Positions 19,255-29,267 of a DNA stretch of 64,000 nucleotides are shown here, piece by piece. Position 1 is the stretch's first letter; each line of letters starts with the position of its first letter. The position numbers and the translations under genes are program-made. The notes under the pieces are model-generated. The model made no database searches and was not told the origin of the DNA. It was given only the letters and a program-made list of their open reading frames with translations. The stretch comes from Candidatus Omnitrophota bacterium (lineage in GTDB: Bacteria > Omnitrophota > Gorgyraeia > JAHIPI01), in contig JAZDNG010000029.1 in NCBI GenBank assembly GCA_043800065.1, forward strand, positions 2,837 to 66,836. The letters run 5' to 3'.

Positions 19255-20016
19255 ATGTCGGAATTACTCAAAACAAAACTAAAAAGGCAAGTACTTACAA
19301 TAGGTTCATGGATTACGTTTGGGCATACTTCCATCGCTGAAATTATGGCGAAAGGCGGCTTTGATTGGCTGACAGTGGATATGGAGCATTCTGCAATCAC
19401 GCTCAGCGAGGCGCAAAAGCTAATCCAGATTATTGAACTTGCCGGTATTGCGCCGCTGGTTAGGGTCGGCGAAAACGACGCATGCCTTATAAAACGGGTT
19501 ATGGATGCAGGCGCACACGGAGTAATTGTGCCGATGGTTAATAGTAGAGAGGAAGCGATAAAAGCAGTGGACGCTGTCAAGTATCCGCCGGCAGGCAGAA
19601 GAGGCGTGGGGCTCGCGCGAGCCCAGGGCTACGGCCTGGAATTCGAAAAATATAAGAAACGCATAAATAAAGAAAGTATAGTTGTGACCCAGATCGAAAG
19701 CATAGAGGCTATTGATAATTTGAAAGAGATATTAGAAGTTGAAGGGGTGGATGCAAGCATTATCGGCCCTTACGATCTATCCGCTTCCCTGGGATATCCG
19801 GGCGAATTTGAAAGGAAAGAAGTGAAGGAGGCAATAAAAAGATATATAAGGGTATGCAAAGAGCTTAAGAAGTCTGCGGGACTGCACGTTGTTCCTCCAG
19901 TTGCAAAAAAACTTGATGATGCAATAGAGAAAGGTTTTAAGTTTATAGGATTCGGATTTGATGCGCTTTTTTTAGGCCAGAAAATTAAAGAGGAGTTAGA
20001 AAAAATAAAGAGATGA
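19255..20016 (+). CDS. HpcH/HpaI (GarL-like) pyruvate aldolase
   Basis: 'DMEH', 'LVRV', 'YPPAGRRG', 'QIES', 'GPYDLS'. Confidence 0.9.
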   Translation: MSELLKTKLKRQVLTIGSWITFGHTSIAEIMAKGGFDWLTVDMEHSAITLSEAQKLIQIIELAGIAPLVRVGENDACLIKRVMDAGAHGVIVPMVNSREEAIKAVDAVKYPPAGRRGVGLARAQGYGLEFEKYKKRINKESIVVTQIESIEAIDNLKEILEVEGVDASIIGPYDLSASLGYPGEFERKEVKEAIKRYIRVCKELKKSAGLHVVPPVAKKLDDAIEKGFKFIGFGFDALFLGQKIKEELEKIKR

Positions 20017-20777
20017 ATATCATAGGCATAATTCCTGCAAGGATGGCTTCAAATAGATTTCCCGGCAAACCCTTGGCAGAGATAATGGGCAAGGCAATGA
20101 TATATCACGTCTACTGGCGAAGCAGGATGGCAAGGAGTTTGAATGAAGTCTATCTTGCTACGTGCGATAAGGAGATAGAGCGGTATTGCCGGGAAAATAA
20201 AATGAATGTAATAATGACCAAAGATACACACCAGCGCGCTTCGGACAGGGCCGCGGAAGCGCTAAAAAAAATAGAGAAGAAAACGGGCAGGAGAGCCGAT
20301 ATCGTTGTTATGATTCAGGGGGATGAGCCGATGCTTGTTCCTAAAATGATAGATGCCGTACTTCGGCCCATGTTGAAAGATAAAAGCATTTCTGTGGCAA
20401 ATCTTATGTACGAAATTAAAAGCGCGAAAGAAGGCCATAATCCCAATATAGTAAAGGTCGTAAAGGATAAGGATAATTACGCCCTTTATTTTTCCAGGGA
20501 AGCCATACCTTCGGAGAAAAAGGCAAAAAAAGGTATAGTGAAGTACAAACAGATTGCCATTATTCCCTTTAAGCGGGATTTTTTGATAACTTTCAATAAA
20601 CTTCCCCAGATGCCCTTGGAGATCATTGAATCGGTTGATATGTTGAGAGTTTTGGAGCATGGGTATAAGGTAAGGATGGTTATGTCTCCGGTTAATACAT
20701 ATGGAGTAGATACGCCCGGCGATTTTAAAATGGTAAGAAAACTAATGAGCAGGGATCACTTGATTTCGCGCTATTAA
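20013..20777 (+). CDS. kdsB: 3-deoxy-manno-octulosonate cytidylyltransferase family protein
   Basis: 'IPARMASNRFPGKPL', 'QGDEP', 'NPNIVKVV', 'ALYFSR', 'VDT'. Confidence 0.85.
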   Translation: MNIIGIIPARMASNRFPGKPLAEIMGKAMIYHVYWRSRMARSLNEVYLATCDKEIERYCRENKMNVIMTKDTHQRASDRAAEALKKIEKKTGRRADIVVMIQGDEPMLVPKMIDAVLRPMLKDKSISVANLMYEIKSAKEGHNPNIVKVVKDKDNYALYFSREAIPSEKKAKKGIVKYKQIAIIPFKRDFLITFNKLPQMPLEIIESVDMLRVLEHGYKVRMVMSPVNTYGVDTPGDFKMVRKLMSRDHLISRY

Positions 20778-20806
20778 TGGATAATTTTTAGCAAAAGGAG
20801 CCAAAG

Positions 20807-21850
20807 ATGAAACATGGAAAGAAATTAGCCGTTGGCATCGCTGGTTATGGCGTTGTCGGCAAACGCCGACGCGAAGTTATAGACCAACATCCGAATTTGC
20901 ACACTGTCGCCGTATGCGACCAAAGATTTGATAAATCAGGCGCTATGCCGGACGGCGTCCAATATTTCAGTAGTTACCACCGACTTCTCAAGGAGCCGCT
21001 TGATTTACTATTCGTATCTTTGCCTAATTATTTGGCCGCAGAAGTGACTATGGCCGGCCTTAAAAAAGGCCTCCATGTTTTTTGCGAAAAGCCACCGGGT
21101 CGCGATGTTCAAGATGTTGAACGGGTAATTGAGGTCGAAAAAAAACACCCCGGGCTTATATTAAAGTATGGTTTTAACCACCGTTATCATGACTCTGTCC
21201 GCGAGGCCCTGCGAATTATCAAATCGGGTGAATTGGGAGAGATTATTAATATGCGCGGGGTATACGGTAAAGGCAAGATCGTTTCTTTTTCCAGCGGCTG
21301 GCGTGCTGAACGAAAGCATGCCGGAGGCGGTATTTTACTCGATCAGGGCATCCATATGGTGGACCTGATGCAGCTGTTCTGCGGCGATTTTACAGAGGTT
21401 AAAAGTTTTGTTTCAAATAAGTACTGGAAGCATGATCTGGAGGATAATGCTTACGCAATAATGCGTGACAGCCGTGGCCGCGTGACAATGCTACATTCAA
21501 GCGCTACTCAATGGCAGCATCGATTTACTCTTGATATAGCCCTTACCAATGGTTTTTTAGAGCTGCACGGAATTCTTTCCGGCTCCAAAAGTTATGGCGG
21601 GGAAAAACTTGTGGTTGGAAAAAGAGACGAGTCTGACGTAGGTACGCAATGGCATAAAACAATTAACTACCTTGAGGATAACTCCTGGCGCGACGAGATT
21701 TACGAGTTTGCCAACGCTATTATTAATGGCGATACTATCAAATCAGGCGGCAGCTTAGACGCCTTAGAGACCATGAAACTGGTGTATCGTATTTACTACG
21801 CTGATGCTGAATGGCGCCGGGCTTACAATATCGCCAATCCGGACACCTGA
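20807..21850 (+). CDS. Gfo/Idh/MocA family oxidoreductase
   Basis: 'GIAGYG', 'HVFCEKP', 'GFNHR', 'GGGILLDQGIH'. Confidence 0.9.
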   Translation: MKHGKKLAVGIAGYGVVGKRRREVIDQHPNLHTVAVCDQRFDKSGAMPDGVQYFSSYHRLLKEPLDLLFVSLPNYLAAEVTMAGLKKGLHVFCEKPPGRDVQDVERVIEVEKKHPGLILKYGFNHRYHDSVREALRIIKSGELGEIINMRGVYGKGKIVSFSSGWRAERKHAGGGILLDQGIHMVDLMQLFCGDFTEVKSFVSNKYWKHDLEDNAYAIMRDSRGRVTMLHSSATQWQHRFTLDIALTNGFLELHGILSGSKSYGGEKLVVGKRDESDVGTQWHKTINYLEDNSWRDEIYEFANAIINGDTIKSGGSLDALETMKLVYRIYYADAEWRRAYNIANPDT

Positions 21851-21934
21851 AAGCATGCAGAAAGCGAAGAGCTGTTAAAAACATAAAATATTCAGACCTT
21901 TAACAAAAAACATTCAGCAGGATAAAGAAAGAAA

Positions 21935-23515
21935 ATGAGAATCCTCTTTTTATACCCCAATAAAGTAATGGCAACACGTATGCCACTTGGCATCGGTTAT
22001 CTGTATTCGTATCTGAAAAAAAATGGCCATGATGCTGAGGTTTTTGATACGACATTTTTTAAATGCGGCAACATTCAAAATGATGAAGAATTGCGCGCCT
22101 CATCATTGCAGGTACGTAATCCGGATTTTAAAAAATATAACTTAATAGAGAAAAATGTCGATATTGTTGCTGAACTTGAGCGAAAAATCCAGTCATTTAA
22201 ACCGGATATGATCGCTATGAGCGTTACAGACCCTAATTACAACTTTGGTTTGGAATTGTTGAAAAAGATTAAAAACAAATACAGCAATATCATAACGGTA
22301 GTAGGCGGGGCAACTGTTACGTTTTCTCCAGAGGAAGTAATTGCTGAAGATTGTGTGGATATTATATGTATCGGCGAAGGAGAGGAAGCGATGAGTGAGC
22401 TTTGCAACGCAATACAGCAGGGAAAAGATATAAAAAACATAAAGAATATGTGGGTTAAAGAAAATGGGAAGATTTACAAGAATGATGTCAGGCAATTACG
22501 GGACGTTAATGAAATTTTTCATCCGAACTGGGATATTTTTGATGAGAGGCACCTCTTACGGCCCTTAGGCGGCAAAATGTACCGGATGGGTATATTTTAT
22601 ATGACTCGGGGGTGCCCTTTTCGTTGTACATACTGTGGTAATTTTGCCTTGTCAAGAATGTATGAGCATAAGGGCTCACTTTACAGAGTAAAAAAACCCG
22701 ATTTCTTAATTCAAGAATTAGTATTCTATAAGAAAAAATACAATTTGAATTTTATTTTTTTTACCGATGATCTTTTCCCCCTTCACAAGCCTGAAATCAT
22801 AGATGATTTTTGCAGGCTTTATAAGAAACAGGTGGGACTTCCTTTTTCTGTTGCATTGCGTCCGGAACTTATAACTGAAAAGGATTTCGCCAAGATTGTC
22901 GATGCCGGTTGCCGTAATATCTGCGTGGGATTGGAGTCAGGCAACCCCGGAATAAGAAAGGATGTCTTGGGAAGGGGGTATAAAAACGATGATCTAATTC
23001 GCGTTTTTGGCTTCGCCCGAAAATATAAAATACGCAGCTCTGCCTTCAATATGATAGGCATACCCCATGAAACCAGAGAAAACATTTTTGAAAGTATAGA
23101 GCTTAATAGAAAAGCCAAACCAACCTCTACCACGCTTACTTTTCTTCATCCTTATCGTGGAACAGGCTTAAGGAGTTTATGCATCAAAGAGAAATTTTTT
23201 GACCCCAGTCGAGAAAAAGAATACGAAAATGTTTATAGAGTGGAATCATGCCTTAACCTGCCCACAATTTCTAATAAAGAATTGAGAGGTTTGTTTAAGA
23301 CATTTCAATTATATTTTAAACTCCCCAAAATTTTCTATCCATTAATAAGAATAGCGGAAGGGGATTCATTTTTAGCGAAAGTTATTTTTTACATGTTAAA
23401 ACGAATGTTCTACTATATCACCGATAAAGAATCAAAATGGGATTTTACGGCCTCAGGCCAAAAAGAGCAGGAAAAAGAAAGGAAAGATTGTGAAGAACAT
23501 AAAGTCTTTATTTAA
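21935..23515 (+). CDS. B12-binding domain radical SAM protein
   Basis: 'PLGIGYL', 'GEGEE', 'RGCPFRCTYC', 'DDLF', 'GLESG'. Confidence 0.88.
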   Translation: MRILFLYPNKVMATRMPLGIGYLYSYLKKNGHDAEVFDTTFFKCGNIQNDEELRASSLQVRNPDFKKYNLIEKNVDIVAELERKIQSFKPDMIAMSVTDPNYNFGLELLKKIKNKYSNIITVVGGATVTFSPEEVIAEDCVDIICIGEGEEAMSELCNAIQQGKDIKNIKNMWVKENGKIYKNDVRQLRDVNEIFHPNWDIFDERHLLRPLGGKMYRMGIFYMTRGCPFRCTYCGNFALSRMYEHKGSLYRVKKPDFLIQELVFYKKKYNLNFIFFTDDLFPLHKPEIIDDFCRLYKKQVGLPFSVALRPELITEKDFAKIVDAGCRNICVGLESGNPGIRKDVLGRGYKNDDLIRVFGFARKYKIRSSAFNMIGIPHETRENIFESIELNRKAKPTSTTLTFLHPYRGTGLRSLCIKEKFFDPSREKEYENVYRVESCLNLPTISNKELRGLFKTFQLYFKLPKIFYPLIRIAEGDSFLAKVIFYMLKRMFYYITDKESKWDFTASGQKEQEKERKDCEEHKVFI

Positions 23516-24137
23516 CGAAACCGATAACGTTGAGGAATTTTCAAAGGGTTATTTCGACTACCTTCATAGCCTTTTGAAGCAGCTTGATACCGGCGCAATT
23601 GCAGGATTCATCGGGGAGCTCGAAACGGTGCGCCGGAATCAAAATACAATATTTTTCATAGGCAACGGCGGCTCCGCTTCCACCGCTTCGCACATGGCTA
23701 ACGACTTTAGCTTGGGCTCCAACGCCTGCGATGATGGCTTGCCGCTACGCTCATTGGCGTTGACAGATAATTCAGCGGTTATGACAGCCGTATCCAATGA
23801 CCATGGCTACCAGAACATCTTTATTCATCAACTTCAGGTTCATTATAGGCCCGGAGATAAATTGGTGGCTATTTCAGCAAGCGGAAACTCACCTAACGTA
23901 GTTGCGGCTGCAAAATGGGTCAAAAAACAAGGCGGCCTGACTATCGGATTCGTTGGCTTCGACGGCGGCAAATTAAAAGATATTTGCGACATAACCATTC
24001 ATGTCAAGACGCCAAAGGGCGAATACGGCCCTGTCGAAGACATACACATTATCCTCGATCATTTGACGTACACGTGGCTGTGGTACCAAAAACGCAGGAA
24101 AAGAGAAACCGAAATATCGGCAGCCAAAAACGGTTAA
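23490..24137 (+). CDS. gmhA: SIS-domain sugar isomerase (GmhA-like)
   Basis: 'GNGGSASTASH', 'TAVSND', 'ISASGNS.NV', 'EDIH'. Confidence 0.8.
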   Translation: MKNIKSLFNETDNVEEFSKGYFDYLHSLLKQLDTGAIAGFIGELETVRRNQNTIFFIGNGGSASTASHMANDFSLGSNACDDGLPLRSLALTDNSAVMTAVSNDHGYQNIFIHQLQVHYRPGDKLVAISASGNSPNVVAAAKWVKKQGGLTIGFVGFDGGKLKDICDITIHVKTPKGEYGPVEDIHIILDHLTYTWLWYQKRRKRETEISAAKNG

Positions 24138-24146
24138 AGTGAAAGT

Positions 24147-25331
24147 ATGGCAAAGAACATAATTTTTTTAACAAAGAAAAGAAGTCTTGCTGGAATAGAC
24201 CAAGCATTGCCCATTTTTATGGAAATGAGAAAAATATCACCTCAAAGCAATATAATTATTGTTTTCGGCGATAAAAAAATTTATGACCTTACGAAAAGAA
24301 ATTATATCCTTTTGGAAGATATAGAATATGTAAACGGCAAAATGTATGTTCTCAGAGGAAAAAATAAACTCATTACATTATTTAAAATCTTGAAATTCGT
24401 TTTTCTGCTTGCTTTTAAAGAGAATATTATTTTAAGAGAAACAGACAATCTTCCTTGGCACAATATAACCATGAAGCTAATAAAAATGATTTCAAGGGTT
24501 GTCCAAATAAGGGTTTTTTTGGCAGTGCAAAATCCCATTTATTTAAAAAATCTCAATGAATCATCTCTGCTTTATTGGAAAAGAGAAGGAAAAGCAGTTT
24601 TTAAAAATCCTGTTAAGGGAGAATTTGATTATTTCCTATCGGCATTGAGTCCCGGTCAGGTTGAGGATGTTTTTAATGTTAAAGCCCCCAGAAATAAAAT
24701 AGTTGAAGTCGGCTATACTCACGGATTGTCTATATGGCGAAAATATATGGATGACGCCATTAAGCGAAATAAAGTAATAAACAATGGGAAATACTTTCTA
24801 TATGTACTTGCATACCTAGGCAAGCGACGGACCAACTTTGATGAGCCGGAGATAATCGACTTATTAGAAGAATCGTTAAATATTTTAAAAAAATATAATG
24901 GCAAAATCAAGACAATTTTCAAACCCCATCCTGTTACGGACATGGGGAGAGTCAAAAAACTGCTTGATAAAATTAGTTACTCAAACTATGTAATTGATTA
25001 TACCCACCCCTTTATTTTATCATCCAAGGCGCAATTTGTTTTTGGAAATGTCTACTCTTGCACAATGTTAGACGCATATTATCAGGGTAAACCCATTGTA
25101 GAGTATTGCCAATATGACTCAGAACTTTTTATCAGAATGAATAGGCAGTCATGGGGCGGTAGCAGATTCTGCGATTTTTTTATTTATCGCGACAAGAAAA
25201 AACTGGATGAGGTTTTGGATAGATTGATTAATAATGAAATAAAAGTAGAGCGAGAGCCAAAATTTATGCAGGATAATTTTCCAGATACGCCGCCGCAATT
25301 TTATGAATTTTTACATAAGCTGCTTTCTTAA
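24147..25331 (+). CDS. Hypothetical protein, possible GT-B-type transferase
   Basis: AT-rich in-operon ORF with 'VGY', 'FKPHP', 'LDA...GKP'. Confidence 0.5.
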   Translation: MAKNIIFLTKKRSLAGIDQALPIFMEMRKISPQSNIIIVFGDKKIYDLTKRNYILLEDIEYVNGKMYVLRGKNKLITLFKILKFVFLLAFKENIILRETDNLPWHNITMKLIKMISRVVQIRVFLAVQNPIYLKNLNESSLLYWKREGKAVFKNPVKGEFDYFLSALSPGQVEDVFNVKAPRNKIVEVGYTHGLSIWRKYMDDAIKRNKVINNGKYFLYVLAYLGKRRTNFDEPEIIDLLEESLNILKKYNGKIKTIFKPHPVTDMGRVKKLLDKISYSNYVIDYTHPFILSSKAQFVFGNVYSCTMLDAYYQGKPIVEYCQYDSELFIRMNRQSWGGSRFCDFFIYRDKKKLDEVLDRLINNEIKVEREPKFMQDNFPDTPPQFYEFLHKLLS

Positions 25332-25345
25332 CAAAAGGGAAGAGA

Positions 25346-27103
25346 ATGAGATATCTTTTTGAGTATTTTAGGCACTTCAAGGCATTTGTGGGCCGCAAAG
25401 TCTATTATTTATTTTTTCTGATGCTGATAGCGGGTTTTATAGAAGCGGTCAGCATAACACTTTTTTTGCCTATCCTGCAAAATGGTTTCGGAAGCGACAA
25501 ATTATCGAAAGCGTTGAAGGTTATATTAGATTTCTTCCATATCGGGTTTTCCTTCAGTCTTTTTTTGCTGCTCATTCTCGTGTTTTTTATATTCAGGGCG
25601 GCATTTCTGATTTTTTATGAATATTATTCCGGCAAGGTTACTTCTAGTCTGCTGATCGCCTTAAGGCGCAAACTTGTGGAAGATGTTTTTTCTGCTGATT
25701 ACCTTTATATCATCAAAAAGGAGGTAGGCTATATTAACAATGCGGTTGTCCGCGAAATAGCCTGCATTGTCGAAGCGTTTCAGACCTTTTTGCAGGTATT
25801 GAAATACACGATATTGGCCGCGGTGTATATCGCGCTTTCCATGATATTGAGTTTTAAAATAAGTCTTGTCGTCTTGGTAATCTGTCCCGTTATCATTATT
25901 TGTACGATGAAACTTAACCGGTTGACTAACAAACTTTCTTTGGCTTACAGCGTTTCGTACGGCAAATTTAACTCCATTCTTTTTCAGGCGTTAAGTAAAT
26001 TTAAATACTTGAAGGCGACTTTCTCGAGCCAAAGGATTTCAAAGATTATTGATGCGCAGAATAAAAATTTGGGGGATATAAGGTTTAAGCTGGTGCTTTT
26101 GCAGTCTATCTCAACAAACGCATTTGAACCCATGGTCGTTTTCTTTGTTGCGGGGCTTCTCTTTTATTATGTCGTGGGTTTAGGCAGAAGCGTCAATGAA
26201 ATAATATTTTTGATTTTCCTGTTTTTGCAGGCCGCCAGGGGATTTCTGACCCTCCAGTCATCCTATCGGAGATTTCTAGCCTCAAAAGGGAGCATAGATA
26301 TCTATAAAGAGTTCCAGGGGGAATTGGAAAAGAACAGAGAGTCTCTAAACCTGGAGGGATTCAAGCCGGATTTTAGTAAAGAGATCCTCATCGTGGACGC
26401 CACGGTGATATTCCCAAACGGTAAAAAGGCCCTCGACAATGTCAGTATAACCATTAAACCAAAGTCAGTAGTAGCCTTGGTAGGCCATTCCGGTTCCGGT
26501 AAATCTACAATCGCTAATATGATCACAGGGATATTAAAACCGGCAAGCGGAGAGATCTTATTTGGCGACGTTAGCTACGATAAGATTAACCTAAAAATCT
26601 TGCGCGAGAATGTAGGATATGTCACCCAGGAAGATATAATATTCAACGCAAGCATCAAGGATAATGTTTCCCTGTGGGGCGAGAATATCGACGAGAATAG
26701 ATTGTCCAGGGCTATAGCAATGGCTCACATACGGGGCTTTGTGTCCGATCTTGTCGAAAAAGAAGATGCCTTGCTTGGTGACAACGGCCTGGATGTATCG
26801 GGAGGGCAAAGGCAACGCATAACCATAGCCCGCGAATTATACAGGGATACAAGACTTCTGATATTAGACGAAGCGACAAGCTCCCTCGACAGTAAGTCCG
26901 AAAATCAGATCTACGAAAATCTGAAGGGTTTAAAAGGAGAGAAGACCTTGGTCGTCATTGCTCACCGACTTTCGACGATAAGAAACGCGGATTATATATA
27001 CGTCTTAGATAGCGGCAGGGTTATAGAAGAAGGAACCTACGGAGATCTTTATGAAAAGAAAGGCGAGTTCAAAACGATGATAGAGGAGCAGAAACTTGTC
27101 TAA
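25346..27103 (+). CDS. ABC transporter permease/ATP-binding fusion (PglK/MsbA-like flippase)
   Basis: N-terminal TM domain; Walker A 'GHSGSGKS', 'VSGGQRQR', 'LILDEATSSLD', 'IAHRLST'. Confidence 0.9.
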   Translation: MRYLFEYFRHFKAFVGRKVYYLFFLMLIAGFIEAVSITLFLPILQNGFGSDKLSKALKVILDFFHIGFSFSLFLLLILVFFIFRAAFLIFYEYYSGKVTSSLLIALRRKLVEDVFSADYLYIIKKEVGYINNAVVREIACIVEAFQTFLQVLKYTILAAVYIALSMILSFKISLVVLVICPVIIICTMKLNRLTNKLSLAYSVSYGKFNSILFQALSKFKYLKATFSSQRISKIIDAQNKNLGDIRFKLVLLQSISTNAFEPMVVFFVAGLLFYYVVGLGRSVNEIIFLIFLFLQAARGFLTLQSSYRRFLASKGSIDIYKEFQGELEKNRESLNLEGFKPDFSKEILIVDATVIFPNGKKALDNVSITIKPKSVVALVGHSGSGKSTIANMITGILKPASGEILFGDVSYDKINLKILRENVGYVTQEDIIFNASIKDNVSLWGENIDENRLSRAIAMAHIRGFVSDLVEKEDALLGDNGLDVSGGQRQRITIARELYRDTRLLILDEATSSLDSKSENQIYENLKGLKGEKTLVVIAHRLSTIRNADYIYVLDSGRVIEEGTYGDLYEKKGEFKTMIEEQKLV

Positions 27104-27107
27104 AATT

Positions 27108-29198
27108 ATGAAAGAAGGAATATCAACAATAAGCAGTAAAATCAAAGAGACTGCGGATACTCTGTTTATCTGCCCAACTTGCGCAACAATCCTTACGTAT
27201 GATAACAATGCGTATAGGTGCAGCGGCTGCGGGCAGCAGTTTGACCTGAAGGAAGGCATCCCCGGCTTCACCAAAGACATGCATTACTTTTCGTGGAACA
27301 TACCTAGGGAAAACATGGAATACGCGCTTTCCCATGTACATGACGACGGATGGCAGGAGACCGTGCTGCGCCTTCAAGACGACATGCCCGAAAAAGCACA
27401 GAAGATCTGGAGCAGGATATGCAACCCCCGCAGGTGGCCGTGGATATTTTTATTACCTATCGATAAGGAATCTACCGTGCTTGATATCGGCTGCGGGTGG
27501 GGCAACAACTCTATTGCGCTTGCAAAAAGATGCGGTAAGGTATATTCGATGGACTCGACATTCGCATATTTGCGGTGGCTTAAGGCTTATGCCGAAGAAA
27601 CGAATGTCCATAACATTGTACCGGTGCACGGAGGGGATACCGCGAGGCTTCCTTTTAGAGATAATTCATTCGATTGTGTCGCAGTCAGCGGCGTATTAGA
27701 ATGGATAGGAGCGTCATTTAGCGATGATCCGCAAGTAAGCCAACAGAGATTTTTGAACGAAATATCAAGGATACTTAAAAAAGACGGCTGCGTCTATATC
27801 GGGATTGAAAATAGGATCAATTACAAGTATTTTTTAGGCCGATCGGAAGGCCATATCGGCATGAAATACGGCTCACTTCTTCCGCGGAGCGTAACTCGGG
27901 CGCTGTTGAGGATAGGAAGGCAAAAAGATTTCAAAGTATATACGTATTCAAAGACGGGGTACAGGAATATGCTTAGAAAAGCCTCCTTGAACAGCGCAGC
28001 GTTTCTGGCGCCCATTCCAAGCTACAGCCGCATAAACAGGTTTATACCAGTGTGCGATTGGGCAAAACGTGAAATGTTCGCTCCGCTTGCGTTTGGATGC
28101 GATAGCGCAAAAAATAAGATTCTGATGGATATTTCAAGAGGCTATTTCGTACCAAGTTTTTCCATATTTGCGGCGCACAAGACATTGAAAGAGAGCTCTC
28201 TCAACAAATTATTGAATCACGTGCTTAATCAAGCATTCGGCATTAATAAAATAATGGCAGGTGAGGTAACATCTTTTAAGGTAAAAGACAAAAATACTGC
28301 GCGCTTGATATTAAAGTTTTTCCTAAATAATGGGCTGAATGGGTTTTATTTAAAAGTCGACGCGGCGCCTGACGCAAAGCGGTATCTTCTGAAATCGGCC
28401 TCCATAATAGAGAATCTTAAGAAGGAGCCAAAGCTTTCGGACGCATCAAAATCTCTTCTGCCCGAAGTATTTTGCTACGGCACATATGACGGATACGATT
28501 ATACCTTTGAACGCGAAGAGAGTGGAAGGACAGGAGAAAGCCTTCTTACGGATGTTAGGAAGCGCGACAAGCTGGTAAAAGATGCGGTTTCGCTTATACA
28601 GACAATACATAAAAATACGGCGGTTACGAAAAAGGTAGACGACAAGCTTTTCGACATATATTTCGGAAACCCTATACGATTACTAGGCGAATGGATGCGA
28701 AAAGAGGAAATGGTAGATTACGGGCAGTGGCTGTCTGAAGTCGAAAAATCTTTTAGGAATGATCTCATCAGCGGGCAGCTGACACTCGTATGCCGGCACG
28801 GCGATTATGTGCCGAATAATTGCATTATCGATTCCACCGGTAATCACATAAAGAAGATCCTGGACTGGGAATACGCAGAAATGGAAGGGCTGCCGCTCTT
28901 AGATATCATCAGTTTTCTCAATAGAGCTACGCGTTCTCATATGCGCGATAAATACCCTAATGTCAAATTCCCCGGATATCCGAAAGAATTCTTCTCTACC
29001 GAGATAGCTGACATATGCAAGACGTATCTTGCGGATATAGGAGTACCTCTGAGTCTCTATAAGAATCTGGTATTTATGTGGTGGGCCAAGTACCTTGAAA
29101 TATGCCTTCCGATGTATCGCTACGATGCCGCATGGCGAAAAACAGCGCTTTTTCCTGTGATTGAAAGCTGGAAAAGGATTTTCGAATCCGCAGAATGA
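27108..29198 (+). CDS. Zn-ribbon + class I SAM methyltransferase + APH/choline-kinase-like phosphotransferase fusion
   Basis: 'CPTC...CSGC', 'VLDIGCGWG', 'LPFRDNSFD', C-terminal 'HGDYVPNN' and 'ILDWE'. Confidence 0.75.
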   Translation: MKEGISTISSKIKETADTLFICPTCATILTYDNNAYRCSGCGQQFDLKEGIPGFTKDMHYFSWNIPRENMEYALSHVHDDGWQETVLRLQDDMPEKAQKIWSRICNPRRWPWIFLLPIDKESTVLDIGCGWGNNSIALAKRCGKVYSMDSTFAYLRWLKAYAEETNVHNIVPVHGGDTARLPFRDNSFDCVAVSGVLEWIGASFSDDPQVSQQRFLNEISRILKKDGCVYIGIENRINYKYFLGRSEGHIGMKYGSLLPRSVTRALLRIGRQKDFKVYTYSKTGYRNMLRKASLNSAAFLAPIPSYSRINRFIPVCDWAKREMFAPLAFGCDSAKNKILMDISRGYFVPSFSIFAAHKTLKESSLNKLLNHVLNQAFGINKIMAGEVTSFKVKDKNTARLILKFFLNNGLNGFYLKVDAAPDAKRYLLKSASIIENLKKEPKLSDASKSLLPEVFCYGTYDGYDYTFEREESGRTGESLLTDVRKRDKLVKDAVSLIQTIHKNTAVTKKVDDKLFDIYFGNPIRLLGEWMRKEEMVDYGQWLSEVEKSFRNDLISGQLTLVCRHGDYVPNNCIIDSTGNHIKKILDWEYAEMEGLPLLDIISFLNRATRSHMRDKYPNVKFPGYPKEFFSTEIADICKTYLADIGVPLSLYKNLVFMWWAKYLEICLPMYRYDAAWRKTALFPVIESWKRIFESAE

Positions 29199-29209
29199 AA
29201 ATAAAAAGG

Positions 29210-29239
29210 TTGCGCTCAATGGCTATATCTTGCTATAAT
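29210..29239 (+). promoter_or_regulatory. Sigma70-type promoter of rpsO-pnp
   Basis: TTGCGC-18 nt-TATAAT with extended TG. Confidence 0.55.
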
Positions 29240-29267
29240 ATAACAACTACAAATAATCGGGAGGTGC

